From IMG/VR virus record IMGVR_UViG_3300011244_000001: 58,634 nt of DNA; one strand, given 5' to 3'. Position 1 is the first letter of the stretch, and the number at the start of each line of letters is the position of its first letter. The notes beneath the pieces are model-generated. The model made no database searches and had not been told where the DNA came from. It saw only the letters and a program-made list of their open reading frames with translations. This document shows, one piece after another, positions 49,825 to 58,340 of the stretch. Both the position numbers and the translations under genes were made by a program. Source of the DNA: a virus.

Positions 49825-51407
49825 TAAGCCCCCTCACTTGCGTTATGCTCATCTATCCGCACGACAAGCCCCATCAATTGCGCCTTTAAGCTCTCTAGCT
49901 CATAAGTCACCCAGTCAGGAATCGGGGTGAAGGTAGGCGGGTCAACCGGGGGATCAACTGGCGGCTCTTCGGGTTCTGTACCATCGTAGTAGGACAGTGC
50001 GCCGAGGTCGGGCGGGTTGTTGCGGGCGTCGCCTATCATGTCATCCGTGCCGCCCTTTGCGTTTACCACGCCTGCGCCCACAGCCTTGCTTCCTGCTCTA
50101 AGGAAGTAGTTACTTAAATCAATGTCGCTGTCCAGTCCCTTCCAGTTAATCGGAGCAGCGGCGTTTGCCAGCCCTGGATCGCCGTTCACATCGTTACTTC
50201 CTTTGAACTTTGCGGCGGGAGCGACTGACCAGAGGTTATGCTGCACCTTCATTCCCTGCGGGTCGCCAACGGCTATCTCAGCGGCGGCTGGCGCGTTAGT
50301 CCAGTCCACGATGTTGTTCTCAAAGAAGCTGTTGACGTGCGGGTTGCCGCGCATGTTGTCGCCAATGTTGATTCCCTGGCGAGTCAATGGGCCAGCAACA
50401 AGGGTATTATAGCCAATGTAACAATCCTCTAATGTGGTATCGTAGCCTCCTGCCCATCCCCCGCTTCCGGCTTTACCCAGTCCATTTGCAACGTGTAGCA
50501 TCACGCCAAGATTGACGACCAGGTTATTGTAAATCTGGACGCGGGCCGTTTTAGGGAAGCTGGCGTTGTTGCGACAAACGCCCTGCTTGTCGCCTGCCAG
50601 GTTGCCGCACTCGTCACCAATGGCGATAGCCCCCGGCGCGTCCTTATCACCCTCAATGTCGGGGTAGCCAGGAGCGAACCAAACAATGTTGTTGCGAACA
50701 ATGACGTCGGTAGAGCGATTGACGTAGATGTGTTTGTGCGCGACCAAGAAAACCTCATTTTCCTCACACAGTACGCCGACATTTCCCTTACCTAGATTGA
50801 TGCCCTCGCCGTAGGACATACCACACACGTTACCGCGAACAACCGCGTTCTTTGTCCTGCCGATCTTAATCACGCCCCCGCCAGGGTCCTTGCCCCCTGT
50901 TGCGGAGTTGTCGAATGACTGCATACCAGAACGGGTGCAAACGTTGTCCTCGATAGTAAAGCCTTCGATCAGCTTATCTGGCGATATTTTAATGCCGCTG
51001 ACGTAGGTATGGTCAATCGTACAGTTAATGATAGTCCCGCCGTCACAGCCCGTGCCGTTGATACCGCACCCGCCGATGTTGCGAATGGTGCAGCCGTCAA
51101 TTATAATGCCGGGGGCGCGAAGCGAAATCATGCCTGCGTTTTTGTCGCCGGGGAGCGTGCCAGCAGGCCCTTTTCCCTTCTTAGTCTCATCATAGCCGCC
51201 ATCCAGGATCGTCTCGCCCACCCGCTGGCCGCGCCAAGTCGTGTTCTTGGCGGTAATTTTTAGCTCCTCGTGCCACACGCCAGGACCTATCAGCACGGTA
51301 TCGCCTTCTTTCACCAGCGCGACCGCTCGGCCCAGCGTCAGTACGGGCGAGCTTTCGCTGCCATTATTGCTGTCCTTTCCCTCTTTGCTTACATACAAAA
51401 TAGCCAT
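49824..51407 (-). CDS. Right-handed beta-helix (pectate-lyase superfamily) protein, depolymerase candidate
   Basis: Repeats DGCTIRNIGGCGI / INCTIDHT / EDNVCT / VRGNVCG / NNIV. ATG 51407 (MAILYVSKEG) follows AGAGGAAG. The C-terminus is Pro-rich followed by a coiled coil. Confidence 0.6.
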   Translation of the reverse strand: MAILYVSKEGKDSNNGSESSPVLTLGRAVALVKEGDTVLIGPGVWHEELKITAKNTTWRGQRVGETILDGGYDETKKGKGPAGTLPGDKNAGMISLRAPGIIIDGCTIRNIGGCGINGTGCDGGTIINCTIDHTYVSGIKISPDKLIEGFTIEDNVCTRSGMQSFDNSATGGKDPGGGVIKIGRTKNAVVRGNVCGMSYGEGINLGKGNVGVLCEENEVFLVAHKHIYVNRSTDVIVRNNIVWFAPGYPDIEGDKDAPGAIAIGDECGNLAGDKQGVCRNNASFPKTARVQIYNNLVVNLGVMLHVANGLGKAGSGGWAGGYDTTLEDCYIGYNTLVAGPLTRQGINIGDNMRGNPHVNSFFENNIVDWTNAPAAAEIAVGDPQGMKVQHNLWSVAPAAKFKGSNDVNGDPGLANAAAPINWKGLDSDIDLSNYFLRAGSKAVGAGVVNAKGGTDDMIGDARNNPPDLGALSYYDGTEPEEPPVDPPVDPPTFTPIPDWVTYELESLKAQLMGLVVRIDEHNASEGA

Positions 51408-51418
51408 TATCTTCCTCT

Positions 51419-54400
51419 TTATAGACAACTAATCTCATCGGGGACAAGTCTCGCTCGCCCCTGTGGGAAGTCTACCACGATACTGTGAGCGCCGCTAGAG
51501 AGGTCCCACCATTGCACGAGGCCCAGTCCCTCGGCATACCAGTACCGCTCAAAGGGGGAGGATCCATTAGCATTATGACTCACTTCTACCTCGAATATAT
51601 TCATTAGCCGTTTGGCAAGTAGCTGGCCGTTCCAGACACGTCGCAAGATGGCGTAAGTTGTGTCGTAGTACGAAGCCACCGTTTGAGCGCAATTATTTTT
51701 GCTGAAAATCCTGACCAGGGCGATGCGTTTGTAAACCTTGCCGATCTCCATATGGCTCGGTAGCCACTGGTGGGCGCGGCTGCCGGGGTTGTCCTGTAAG
51801 GTGTAGAACGTATACTCGCCGTGACTGGTATCCTCGTCACGGTAAATCCAGTTGCCCTCTACCCATATGCGTTCGTAGTTGCGATTCTTGACAATGCGTC
51901 GGTCTTTCGGCTGTAGCTGCACGTCCTCGGTTGCGCCCGCATGTTCACCGGCGTCGGTGCGAATAACCATCATCGGGCCGTCATCCCCGTTAGGCGTCGT
52001 GAACGCAATCCCTATAGGGTAAATAACCGGCGGGGTCGGTACATCAGGCAAGCGGGATAGCGACCAGCCATCAAGCCAAAAATTATTGCTAATCGCGTAG
52101 TTAGCGCGAATCTCCACCATAACGGTTAATGGTCCACCAGAATGAACAATCTCGTGTGCCGCTTCCACCTTCTTTCCTGCCGTCAATTTGGTCCAGGGCT
52201 GGCCGTTCGCCCTTACCTCTGCCGATCTGGGATCAACGTTATAGTCCTTACGTTTGTTGATGTCGTCCCACTTATACACATCTACCCATACCGGCGTCAG
52301 TAGCCGGTAACGCCCTGCTGCCATGCCCGGCAATGTCTGTGATAGTCGCGCCCATATTGACCGGCCTCCAGCAAAGGTCTTTAGTGCCTGCTGCCCATGC
52401 CAGATGAATATATCTCGCTCTGACGCGGGTAGATGTAGCTTGCCCTTGTGGACGAACTCGCCGCCCTGATAGTCATTCCAGGCGTCAGCGCTATACGGGT
52501 TATCCTCTCCTATAGCCCATTGTACCGTCCAGCCGTTCGGGTTCTGGTTACTTTGGTCAATGTCGGTCCACCCTTCATCAAATGACCCGTTCTTGAGCAG
52601 GTTTCCCGGTTGTGAAGGGGGGTCCTCTTTTGGCGGATCAAGAAATGGGTCGAGTGGGCGGACCTCGTAGTTGTAGCCCTTGATAATTTCCTTCTCGGCT
52701 GGCGAGAAACGCCCGTAGCCGTAGACGATTAGCTGACTGTCCTCACGCACGCCGTCGCTATCCATGATGTCCCGCATATCGTCAAAACTGTAGACTATGG
52801 TATGCCGACCTCCCCATGTGGCCTCGGCAATACGCCCGGCAACCTTCGGCGCGATGTTAGACGGCAGGAGAACAACAATGGCCTTGCGCCGGGTAGGTTG
52901 ATCGGCGCCAACCAGGTCAGCCAGGTCTTGTTCTGTGCCGTTAAAGCGGTTCATGTCCAAGCGCGAGCTTTGTACGCCCCACTCTGGTCCAGGCTCGGCG
53001 TTTGTGTATTGCCAGAACAGCCAGTTTGCCCAGGGCTTAGGAACGGCAGGGGAAGAAGCGACTGTCCACTGCGCCAGCCATAGCGGGTACTCTGCGCCCC
53101 AGGACGGGGACTTGAGCGTGCCGGTCCAATAGCTAGGGCTGGTATAGATAGCCGGTTCATGCGGATGGCCGATTCCCTTTAGCTTGTCGTGTAAGTAATC
53201 CATCGCCCTCATCACCCTGTCGGTGTAGTCGCCGGGGATATTGCTGCCTTCCTCCAGATCGACCGCCACGCCTAACGGCCCGCCGTACTTGACGATAAGA
53301 TTAAAGAAGAACTCCATCTGCTGAATGGGGTCTATGCTGGGGTAGTAGTAATGATACAGGCCATAGGGCAGACCTGCGGCACGAATGAGGGGTATGTAGC
53401 CCGCGATGCGCTGATCCTCGTGCAACCCCGTCAGGTAGCCGTAGGAGGCGCGAGCCATAACAAACTGTGCGCCCTCGACCTTCATTTTGTTGAAATCTAC
53501 ATTGCCCTGCCATTTGCTAATGTCTGGCCCAATGACTGTCATTTTTCCCTCCTGCCCCCCGTCTAGTACGCGAGGCGGTATCTCTGTTTGTTGGATGACT
53601 TGTGCCAGCACTGGAATGTACTGGCTGATATTCTGGTGAATGTCGCCCCAGCCCCGATCTAATGTCCACAGGGCGAGGCCCTTTACTTCGGGGTAGGCGT
53701 AGTGCGCGGCGTAGGTAGACAGCAGTTGACCCATGCCAACATCGGGCGCTGGTGCTCCCCGCTCTGCCCAGCCAAACTCAGTGAAGAACACGCTCACGCC
53801 CTTAATGCCGGGTATGGACTTCCATCTCCCAACGAGCCAGGGGGATTCAAGCGTGTCTGTTTCTAGGCTGTACTCATGCAGGCCGAGGGCCAGCTTGTCG
53901 GGGTGAGCGCGAAGCAGAGCCAGTAGCTCCTGCATCTTCGGCTTTGTCCAGGCATCAAGGTCGGGCGTGCCAGCGGACCAGTCCATCACGGTTATCTTCT
54001 TCCCTGCCGCCAGAGCTATACTACACAGGTAGATACTATACTCGGCTACCCACTCGCTGGCCTCCTTGCGTAGCTCGTTGTTGATCCCGTACCAGACCCA
54101 GGCGGGATCAAGTTCCGGTGATTCTTTCCACAAGTCATTGTGGGTCCGCCAATCCCATTCTGCTGCCAGGATAGGGGACGTATCGTAGTTAGGTACGTCA
54201 ATGAAGCGCGAACCGATGATACCAGTGCGCCGAAAGTGAATGAAGGTATCAGCAGGCGAGTAGCCCGCAGCTTTGGCGAGTTGCTGCACTTCCCAGCAAG
54301 GTCCAGCCGCGTCAATGCTCATCACGCCAACGGGACAGCGGGCGGCAATCAGCTTGTGATAGAAGTCGCCAATCCCATCCTGGTAGCTCTGTCCAGTTAC

Positions 54401-54424
54401 CTTAAATCCGATTCTTGCTTTCAA
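51419..54424 (-). CDS. 1001-aa multidomain glycoside hydrolase / endolysin-like protein (clan GH-A TIM barrel + GH25 muramidase + CBM-like + C-terminal domains)
   Basis: GH-A signatures GINNELRKE and FFTEFGW. GH25 signatures GPDISKWQGNVDF, FVMARASYG, GLYHYYYP, AVDLEE and LFWQYT. CBM4/9-like LLKNGSFDEGWTD. TTG start at 54424. Confidence 0.7.
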   Translation of the reverse strand: MKARIGFKVTGQSYQDGIGDFYHKLIAARCPVGVMSIDAAGPCWEVQQLAKAAGYSPADTFIHFRRTGIIGSRFIDVPNYDTSPILAAEWDWRTHNDLWKESPELDPAWVWYGINNELRKEASEWVAEYSIYLCSIALAAGKKITVMDWSAGTPDLDAWTKPKMQELLALLRAHPDKLALGLHEYSLETDTLESPWLVGRWKSIPGIKGVSVFFTEFGWAERGAPAPDVGMGQLLSTYAAHYAYPEVKGLALWTLDRGWGDIHQNISQYIPVLAQVIQQTEIPPRVLDGGQEGKMTVIGPDISKWQGNVDFNKMKVEGAQFVMARASYGYLTGLHEDQRIAGYIPLIRAAGLPYGLYHYYYPSIDPIQQMEFFFNLIVKYGGPLGVAVDLEEGSNIPGDYTDRVMRAMDYLHDKLKGIGHPHEPAIYTSPSYWTGTLKSPSWGAEYPLWLAQWTVASSPAVPKPWANWLFWQYTNAEPGPEWGVQSSRLDMNRFNGTEQDLADLVGADQPTRRKAIVVLLPSNIAPKVAGRIAEATWGGRHTIVYSFDDMRDIMDSDGVREDSQLIVYGYGRFSPAEKEIIKGYNYEVRPLDPFLDPPKEDPPSQPGNLLKNGSFDEGWTDIDQSNQNPNGWTVQWAIGEDNPYSADAWNDYQGGEFVHKGKLHLPASERDIFIWHGQQALKTFAGGRSIWARLSQTLPGMAAGRYRLLTPVWVDVYKWDDINKRKDYNVDPRSAEVRANGQPWTKLTAGKKVEAAHEIVHSGGPLTVMVEIRANYAISNNFWLDGWSLSRLPDVPTPPVIYPIGIAFTTPNGDDGPMMVIRTDAGEHAGATEDVQLQPKDRRIVKNRNYERIWVEGNWIYRDEDTSHGEYTFYTLQDNPGSRAHQWLPSHMEIGKVYKRIALVRIFSKNNCAQTVASYYDTTYAILRRVWNGQLLAKRLMNIFEVEVSHNANGSSPFERYWYAEGLGLVQWWDLSSGAHSIVVDFPQGRARLVPDEISCL

Positions 54425-54926
54425 TTACCCCCCATTCTTTAATTGTTTTCATATCCCTGAGAAGGGCTGACCTCACCCCCCACCGAGGGTTTCCGGCACG
54501 ATACTGCATTGGCCGCGCTACCTTCTTGATCTCGTCGGCCCACTCCCATCCGGCGAGGGTGATGACCTTGCTGTACAGGTTTGCCCAGGCCAGCACGAAT
54601 AGGTCGGCCCGCAGGTCAGACCAGTCGTTGTAGAAAAGCATATCCCATCCTTCCTTCGTCCTGGTCTTTACATCAATGGTCAGTCCATTATACAGGAAGT
54701 CCACTCCCATGTCGCCCGCCAAACGTTCCGTCTCGTCTACCGGTACGCCTAAGTAGGCAGCTACGGCGATCTCCCCCAGTAGCCCGACGTAGTGGGTGCG
54801 TTCATCGGTCAGGTCGCCGAACCTCTTCGTTGTGATACCCATGTTTTCTTTGCCGTTGCGTAGAATGGCGAGGCGATGGGCAAGTTCGAGGTTGGCCGGG
54901 TTCAGTTGAACTGTTAAGGTTTTCAT
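54402..54926 (-). CDS. PD-(D/E)XK nuclease-like protein
   Basis: GLLGE...GDMGVDFLYNGLTIDVKT fits an E...D...(D/E)xK pattern. ATGA overlap with the helicase gene. Confidence 0.45.
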   Translation of the reverse strand: MKTLTVQLNPANLELAHRLAILRNGKENMGITTKRFGDLTDERTHYVGLLGEIAVAAYLGVPVDETERLAGDMGVDFLYNGLTIDVKTRTKEGWDMLFYNDWSDLRADLFVLAWANLYSKVITLAGWEWADEIKKVARPMQYRAGNPRWGVRSALLRDMKTIKEWGVIESKNRI

Positions 54927-56038
54927 TAGAATGGCGTCTCTACCTTCCAGGGAGCCTTGTATCCCTGGTCGTCGGCGTAAAGCAGCTTGTACTTCTTGAA
55001 CACGTCCCGCTCTTCGGGCGTGTACTCATAGACGAACATGCCGCCAGCCGGAAGGCCGTCGAGACGTTGCTTCGCCACGTAAACAAAGACCAGTCCTGCC
55101 GTCACGACAAATACCTGGTCCTCGTATCGGATAGGCTTACCAATGCGGTATCCCATGCGTGCGGGCGTCCCGATAGTCAAGATGCGGTCGGGTCGGGTGG
55201 CTGTCTCGGCTGTCTCGGCTCCGCTGTACATATCGGGCAACACGATTTCTGGCGGGGTTGCCTCCCCGGTCTTTTCGTTCACTTTCTCCCGTAGCTGCGG
55301 GCCTCTTGGTCGCATCTCCTGGTTGGCCTGGACGCCGAGGATAGAGGCCATGCCGACGACGCCGCCCATCCTTCTCACCTCGTTCACATCGCCCAGCACT
55401 TGTAGCCTGCGTCCCCCATCATTGCTGTACTTACTGCGCTTTGGGTCTACGGGAAACGACTGTAGGTAATCAAAGAAGGCGGCAAGCACAACGTGTTTCC
55501 ACTCATCCACATTGCCGTTTTTGAGCGCGAGGAGCCACTTTAGTGCATTGGTCAGCGTGACTTCATCAAACGTGCCTGTCCCCTCGCTAGGGCGAGAGGA
55601 GAGGGCATAGATAGGGCTTCCTGCGATGCGGCGGGCAGCATTGTTGAGGGCTTGAATCTGTGTGCGGTCCTTGCCATAGACGATAGCCGGTACACTGATA
55701 CCTGCCTCTCGCGCCATGAATGACAGCGCCAGATGCTCCATTGTCGTCTCGGTGTCTACCCAACCGATTACCCCGCCTGGCCCACCTTCGGGATCGGAGA
55801 CGCCCATTTCAAGATAGTAACGAGCGAGGCGCGATGCCCAATTCCGCATGAAGGTACTCTTGCCATTGGATGACCAGCCTACTATCTCGATCATCTCGCT
55901 TGGCAATCCTGGCCCAAAGTAGCCATCCAGACCGGGGAGCAGGATGGGTACCAGGCGATTCTCATTGGCGCGTAGCTGGGTCAGATAATTTCTGGCGATG
56001 CCGCCGATCTCGGCGGGGGTAGTGATGATTCTAGTCAT
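54926..56038 (-). CDS. DnaB-like replicative helicase (C-terminal RecA-type domain only)
   Basis: Walker A GWSSNGKSTF. DnaB-type Walker B VVLAAFFDYLQSF (hhhDYLQ). Confidence 0.65.
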   Translation of the reverse strand: MTRIITTPAEIGGIARNYLTQLRANENRLVPILLPGLDGYFGPGLPSEMIEIVGWSSNGKSTFMRNWASRLARYYLEMGVSDPEGGPGGVIGWVDTETTMEHLALSFMAREAGISVPAIVYGKDRTQIQALNNAARRIAGSPIYALSSRPSEGTGTFDEVTLTNALKWLLALKNGNVDEWKHVVLAAFFDYLQSFPVDPKRSKYSNDGGRRLQVLGDVNEVRRMGGVVGMASILGVQANQEMRPRGPQLREKVNEKTGEATPPEIVLPDMYSGAETAETATRPDRILTIGTPARMGYRIGKPIRYEDQVFVVTAGLVFVYVAKQRLDGLPAGGMFVYEYTPEERDVFKKYKLLYADDQGYKAPWKVETPF

Positions 56039-56074
56039 GTTCTTTCTCCTATTTATTAACGAATGATAAGCCTA

Positions 56075-56104
56075 TTGACAAGAGGAAAAAGAATTATGTA
56101 TAAT
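56075..56104 (+). promoter_or_regulatory. Near-consensus sigma70 promoter on the plus strand
   Basis: TTGACA (56075-56080), 18-nt spacer, TATAAT (56099-56104), with TG immediately upstream of the -10. Confidence 0.6.
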
Positions 56105-56110
56105 GCAGGT

Positions 56111-56169
56111 ACATTGTTCTTTCTCCTCAGTGGAAGCCCCTGGAAATCGGTCCGGGGGCTTTTGGTTTT
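56111..56169 (+). ncRNA. Candidate small RNA of about 58 nt (promoter + intrinsic terminator, no ORF)
   Basis: No start codon between the predicted TSS (about 56111) and the terminator. It contains GTTCTTTCTCCT (56116-56127), identical to 56039-56050, which is the antisense of the helicase RBS. Confidence 0.4.
56134..56169 (+). terminator. Rho-independent terminator
   Basis: Stem AAGCCCCTGG / CCGGGGGCTT (10-11 bp with one G-U pair), 8-nt loop, then TTTGGTTTT. Confidence 0.55.
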
Positions 56170-56557
56170 AACAGTCTTGCCACCAATTCTCTCTCTTCTT
56201 AATAGCCTTCTTGATCCACTCGTCGAGCATACCATTGTCTATATGCTGCTCTGCCACACGAATTAGAATGACGCCCTCGACGGCCAGACGGTTGTACTTC
56301 TCCATATCGTCAATGAATCCCTGCGGCTGAACGTGCCGCCCCCTCGTATAGATACCACCCTCGACTTCAATCACGATGTTCCAGGTTTCTATCCAGAAGT
56401 CCACTGTATTACGCCGGTCGGGGAATGGCTTGTACTGGCGAACAACGGTCCCGTAGCTGCTCGTGCGCCCGTTGATAACTTGTGTCGGGTACAGCTCGTC
56501 TAGCAGGATCGTTATCCGCTGCGACGCCTTGTCCTCTAGTTCGCTCTTATTGCTCAT
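56168..56557 (-). CDS. Vsr/DUF559-like restriction-endonuclease-fold protein
   Basis: NTVDFWIETWNIVIEVEGGIYTRGRH matches the DF...hhhEvDG..H pattern. Confidence 0.55.
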   Translation of the reverse strand: MSNKSELEDKASQRITILLDELYPTQVINGRTSSYGTVVRQYKPFPDRRNTVDFWIETWNIVIEVEGGIYTRGRHVQPQGFIDDMEKYNRLAVEGVILIRVAEQHIDNGMLDEWIKKAIKKRENWWQDC

Positions 56558-57287
56558 CTTGTAGCTCCCGTATAGCGTCGGCTAGTTCTAATGCCTCGGC
56601 CACTGACGGAGGGGGTGGCGGGCGACGGTTATTGTGGCCTTGTTGTTGCTGTCCTCGGTTGCCCTGCTGCTGCTGGGGCTTGGACTTCGACTTGTTGTTG
56701 TTATTCCCGTTGCCGTTACCGCGTTGCTGCTGTCCAAAGCCGCTCGATTCCTTTAGCGCCCCGGCCAATCCTTTTAGTCGCTTAGAGACGGTCGCCCCCG
56801 TCCCTTCCTTGTACTCCGTCCACAGGATAATCATGTGCGCTGCAACCAGGGCCATTAGTTCCTCGCCCCAGGTGATGCCGATGACGACGAGGTATCCGAG
56901 AGGATGGGCGAGGGTAGTAAAGCGTGCCGACGCACCGCCCTCCTCGCTTGACTTCACCCAGCCGGGGGAGTCCTCCATGTAGACAACGACGTTGGTATAG
57001 GCGTCCACGATATTGAGCGCCCACCCACCAACACGCAACCATTTAGCGAGGGGTCGCTGCCCTTTTCGCTCAGCATTGGCGGCGATAGAGAACATTACTT
57101 GCGGGCCAACCTGGAAGAGCCAGGCTAAGGCGCGGGCGGCGATACTGAGGGGACCCGTGATGACCTGGGTAAAAATGTAGGTCTGATCCAGTGACCAAAA
57201 ATATGATAGATAACCCAAGCCTAGTATGACAACGACATGGCCGATTATCCACAAGAGGATGGTGAACGGTGTGTATCGTGAACCCAT
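56547..57287 (-). CDS. Polytopic membrane protein with a Q/N-rich low-complexity tail
   Basis: Several TM spans, then GQQQRGNGNGNNNNKSKSKPQQQQGNRGQQQQGHNNRRPPPPP and a short C-terminal helix. Confidence 0.55.
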   Translation of the reverse strand: MGSRYTPFTILLWIIGHVVVILGLGYLSYFWSLDQTYIFTQVITGPLSIAARALAWLFQVGPQVMFSIAANAERKGQRPLAKWLRVGGWALNIVDAYTNVVVYMEDSPGWVKSSEEGGASARFTTLAHPLGYLVVIGITWGEELMALVAAHMIILWTEYKEGTGATVSKRLKGLAGALKESSGFGQQQRGNGNGNNNNKSKSKPQQQQGNRGQQQQGHNNRRPPPPPSVAEALELADAIRELQDEQ

Positions 57288-57290
57288 TAG

Positions 57291-58340
57291 TTATTCTCCT
57301 GTTCTGTTATCTTTAATGTAGTCTATGATTTCGTTGCTCAATTGGAACCACTCACCGTTGACGCGGTAAGCGTCGAACTGCTGGTGAAGCTCGGCCTCGC
57401 GGTCAAAGCTGCCAGATTCGGTGTGCAGTAGTTCGAGGGTTTCAGCGCTCCCGGTCTGTAAATCTTTCATGCGCCGGGGTATATCGTTGCTGACCCCTAT
57501 CTTCACGTACCCCCCCGACTTTACAAAGTAAACATCGTCACTCCCCCCCAGCGGTTGAGCGTCAGTGGTACTCGACTGAATGTAGCTACGCTGGATAGCT
57601 GGGGGAGTGGGGGAGGGGAAGGTGCGCCGCCCCAATTCGGTCCACTGATGCACCTGATCCTTGCGCGAGGATTCGAGTAGGTCTGTCTTAATCAGGAAAT
57701 CAATCATCGCCTTTGCCGGGTTAGATGCCCCTCGCTCTGCGAACCTACTTATCTCTGCTACCGCCAACCCTCGCTCGCTCACGACCGGCAACTTGCCTTC
57801 CGCCCTGGCCTTGCTTACGTCGCGCAATCGGTCGAACGTCACCCCGTCCGGTAATAGGAACATACTGTTTGATACGCGGAACATGTCGCCTACAACGTGG
57901 CGCTCGCTCCATTCGTCGTCCTCGGTAAAGTCAGTCTCTTCCCACACTAGCCCCGGCATCGTTATCGTCTCGCCGCTACTGGCCTGACGCGGGTAAGCGA
58001 TGGCTGATTCAGCACTCACGCCCACGATAGGGGCTTCTTTTTTTGCGGGGCGGGGCCAGGTGAGGTCGTTGAATATCAGGCCCACGAACACGCCAACGGC
58101 GTACACGATTCCCCAAGCGACCGTCCCCCACAGCCCACCCACGACGGCGGCGTTCCACAACTCCATTGTCGTCCACTCCGGCGCATATGCCAGTAGGTCG
58201 AGAGCTATGTTCACGGCGGCAACAGCAAGCCCCAGGCCATGCGCTAATTGAATTGCCTCATAGTGTGGGTGCTGGGTGTCGGCTGGCATAGAAACGAAGT
58301 CGTCTAGTTCTTCATCCATTGGGTAATTGTACCTTAACAA
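57291..58340 (-). CDS. Membrane-anchored protein with a C-terminal T5orf172 (GIY-YIG-like) domain
   Basis: Two N-terminal TM spans. The C-terminus VYFVKSGGYVKIGVSNDIPRRMKDLQTGSAETLELLH...EAELHQQFDAYRVNGEWFQL fits T5orf172. The track start is TTG 58340; an alternative ATG lies at 58319. Confidence 0.6.
   Translation of the reverse strand: MLRYNYPMDEELDDFVSMPADTQHPHYEAIQLAHGLGLAVAAVNIALDLLAYAPEWTTMELWNAAVVGGLWGTVAWGIVYAVGVFVGLIFNDLTWPRPAKKEAPIVGVSAESAIAYPRQASSGETITMPGLVWEETDFTEDDEWSERHVVGDMFRVSNSMFLLPDGVTFDRLRDVSKARAEGKLPVVSERGLAVAEISRFAERGASNPAKAMIDFLIKTDLLESSRKDQVHQWTELGRRTFPSPTPPAIQRSYIQSSTTDAQPLGGSDDVYFVKSGGYVKIGVSNDIPRRMKDLQTGSAETLELLHTESGSFDREAELHQQFDAYRVNGEWFQLSNEIIDYIKDNRTGE

Noticed and set aside
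56094-56114. 6-codon mini-ORF MYLHYT on the minus strand as a definite leader peptide.
   Set aside because: It is kept only as an alternative explanation in the small-RNA finding. It is too short to support from sequence alone.
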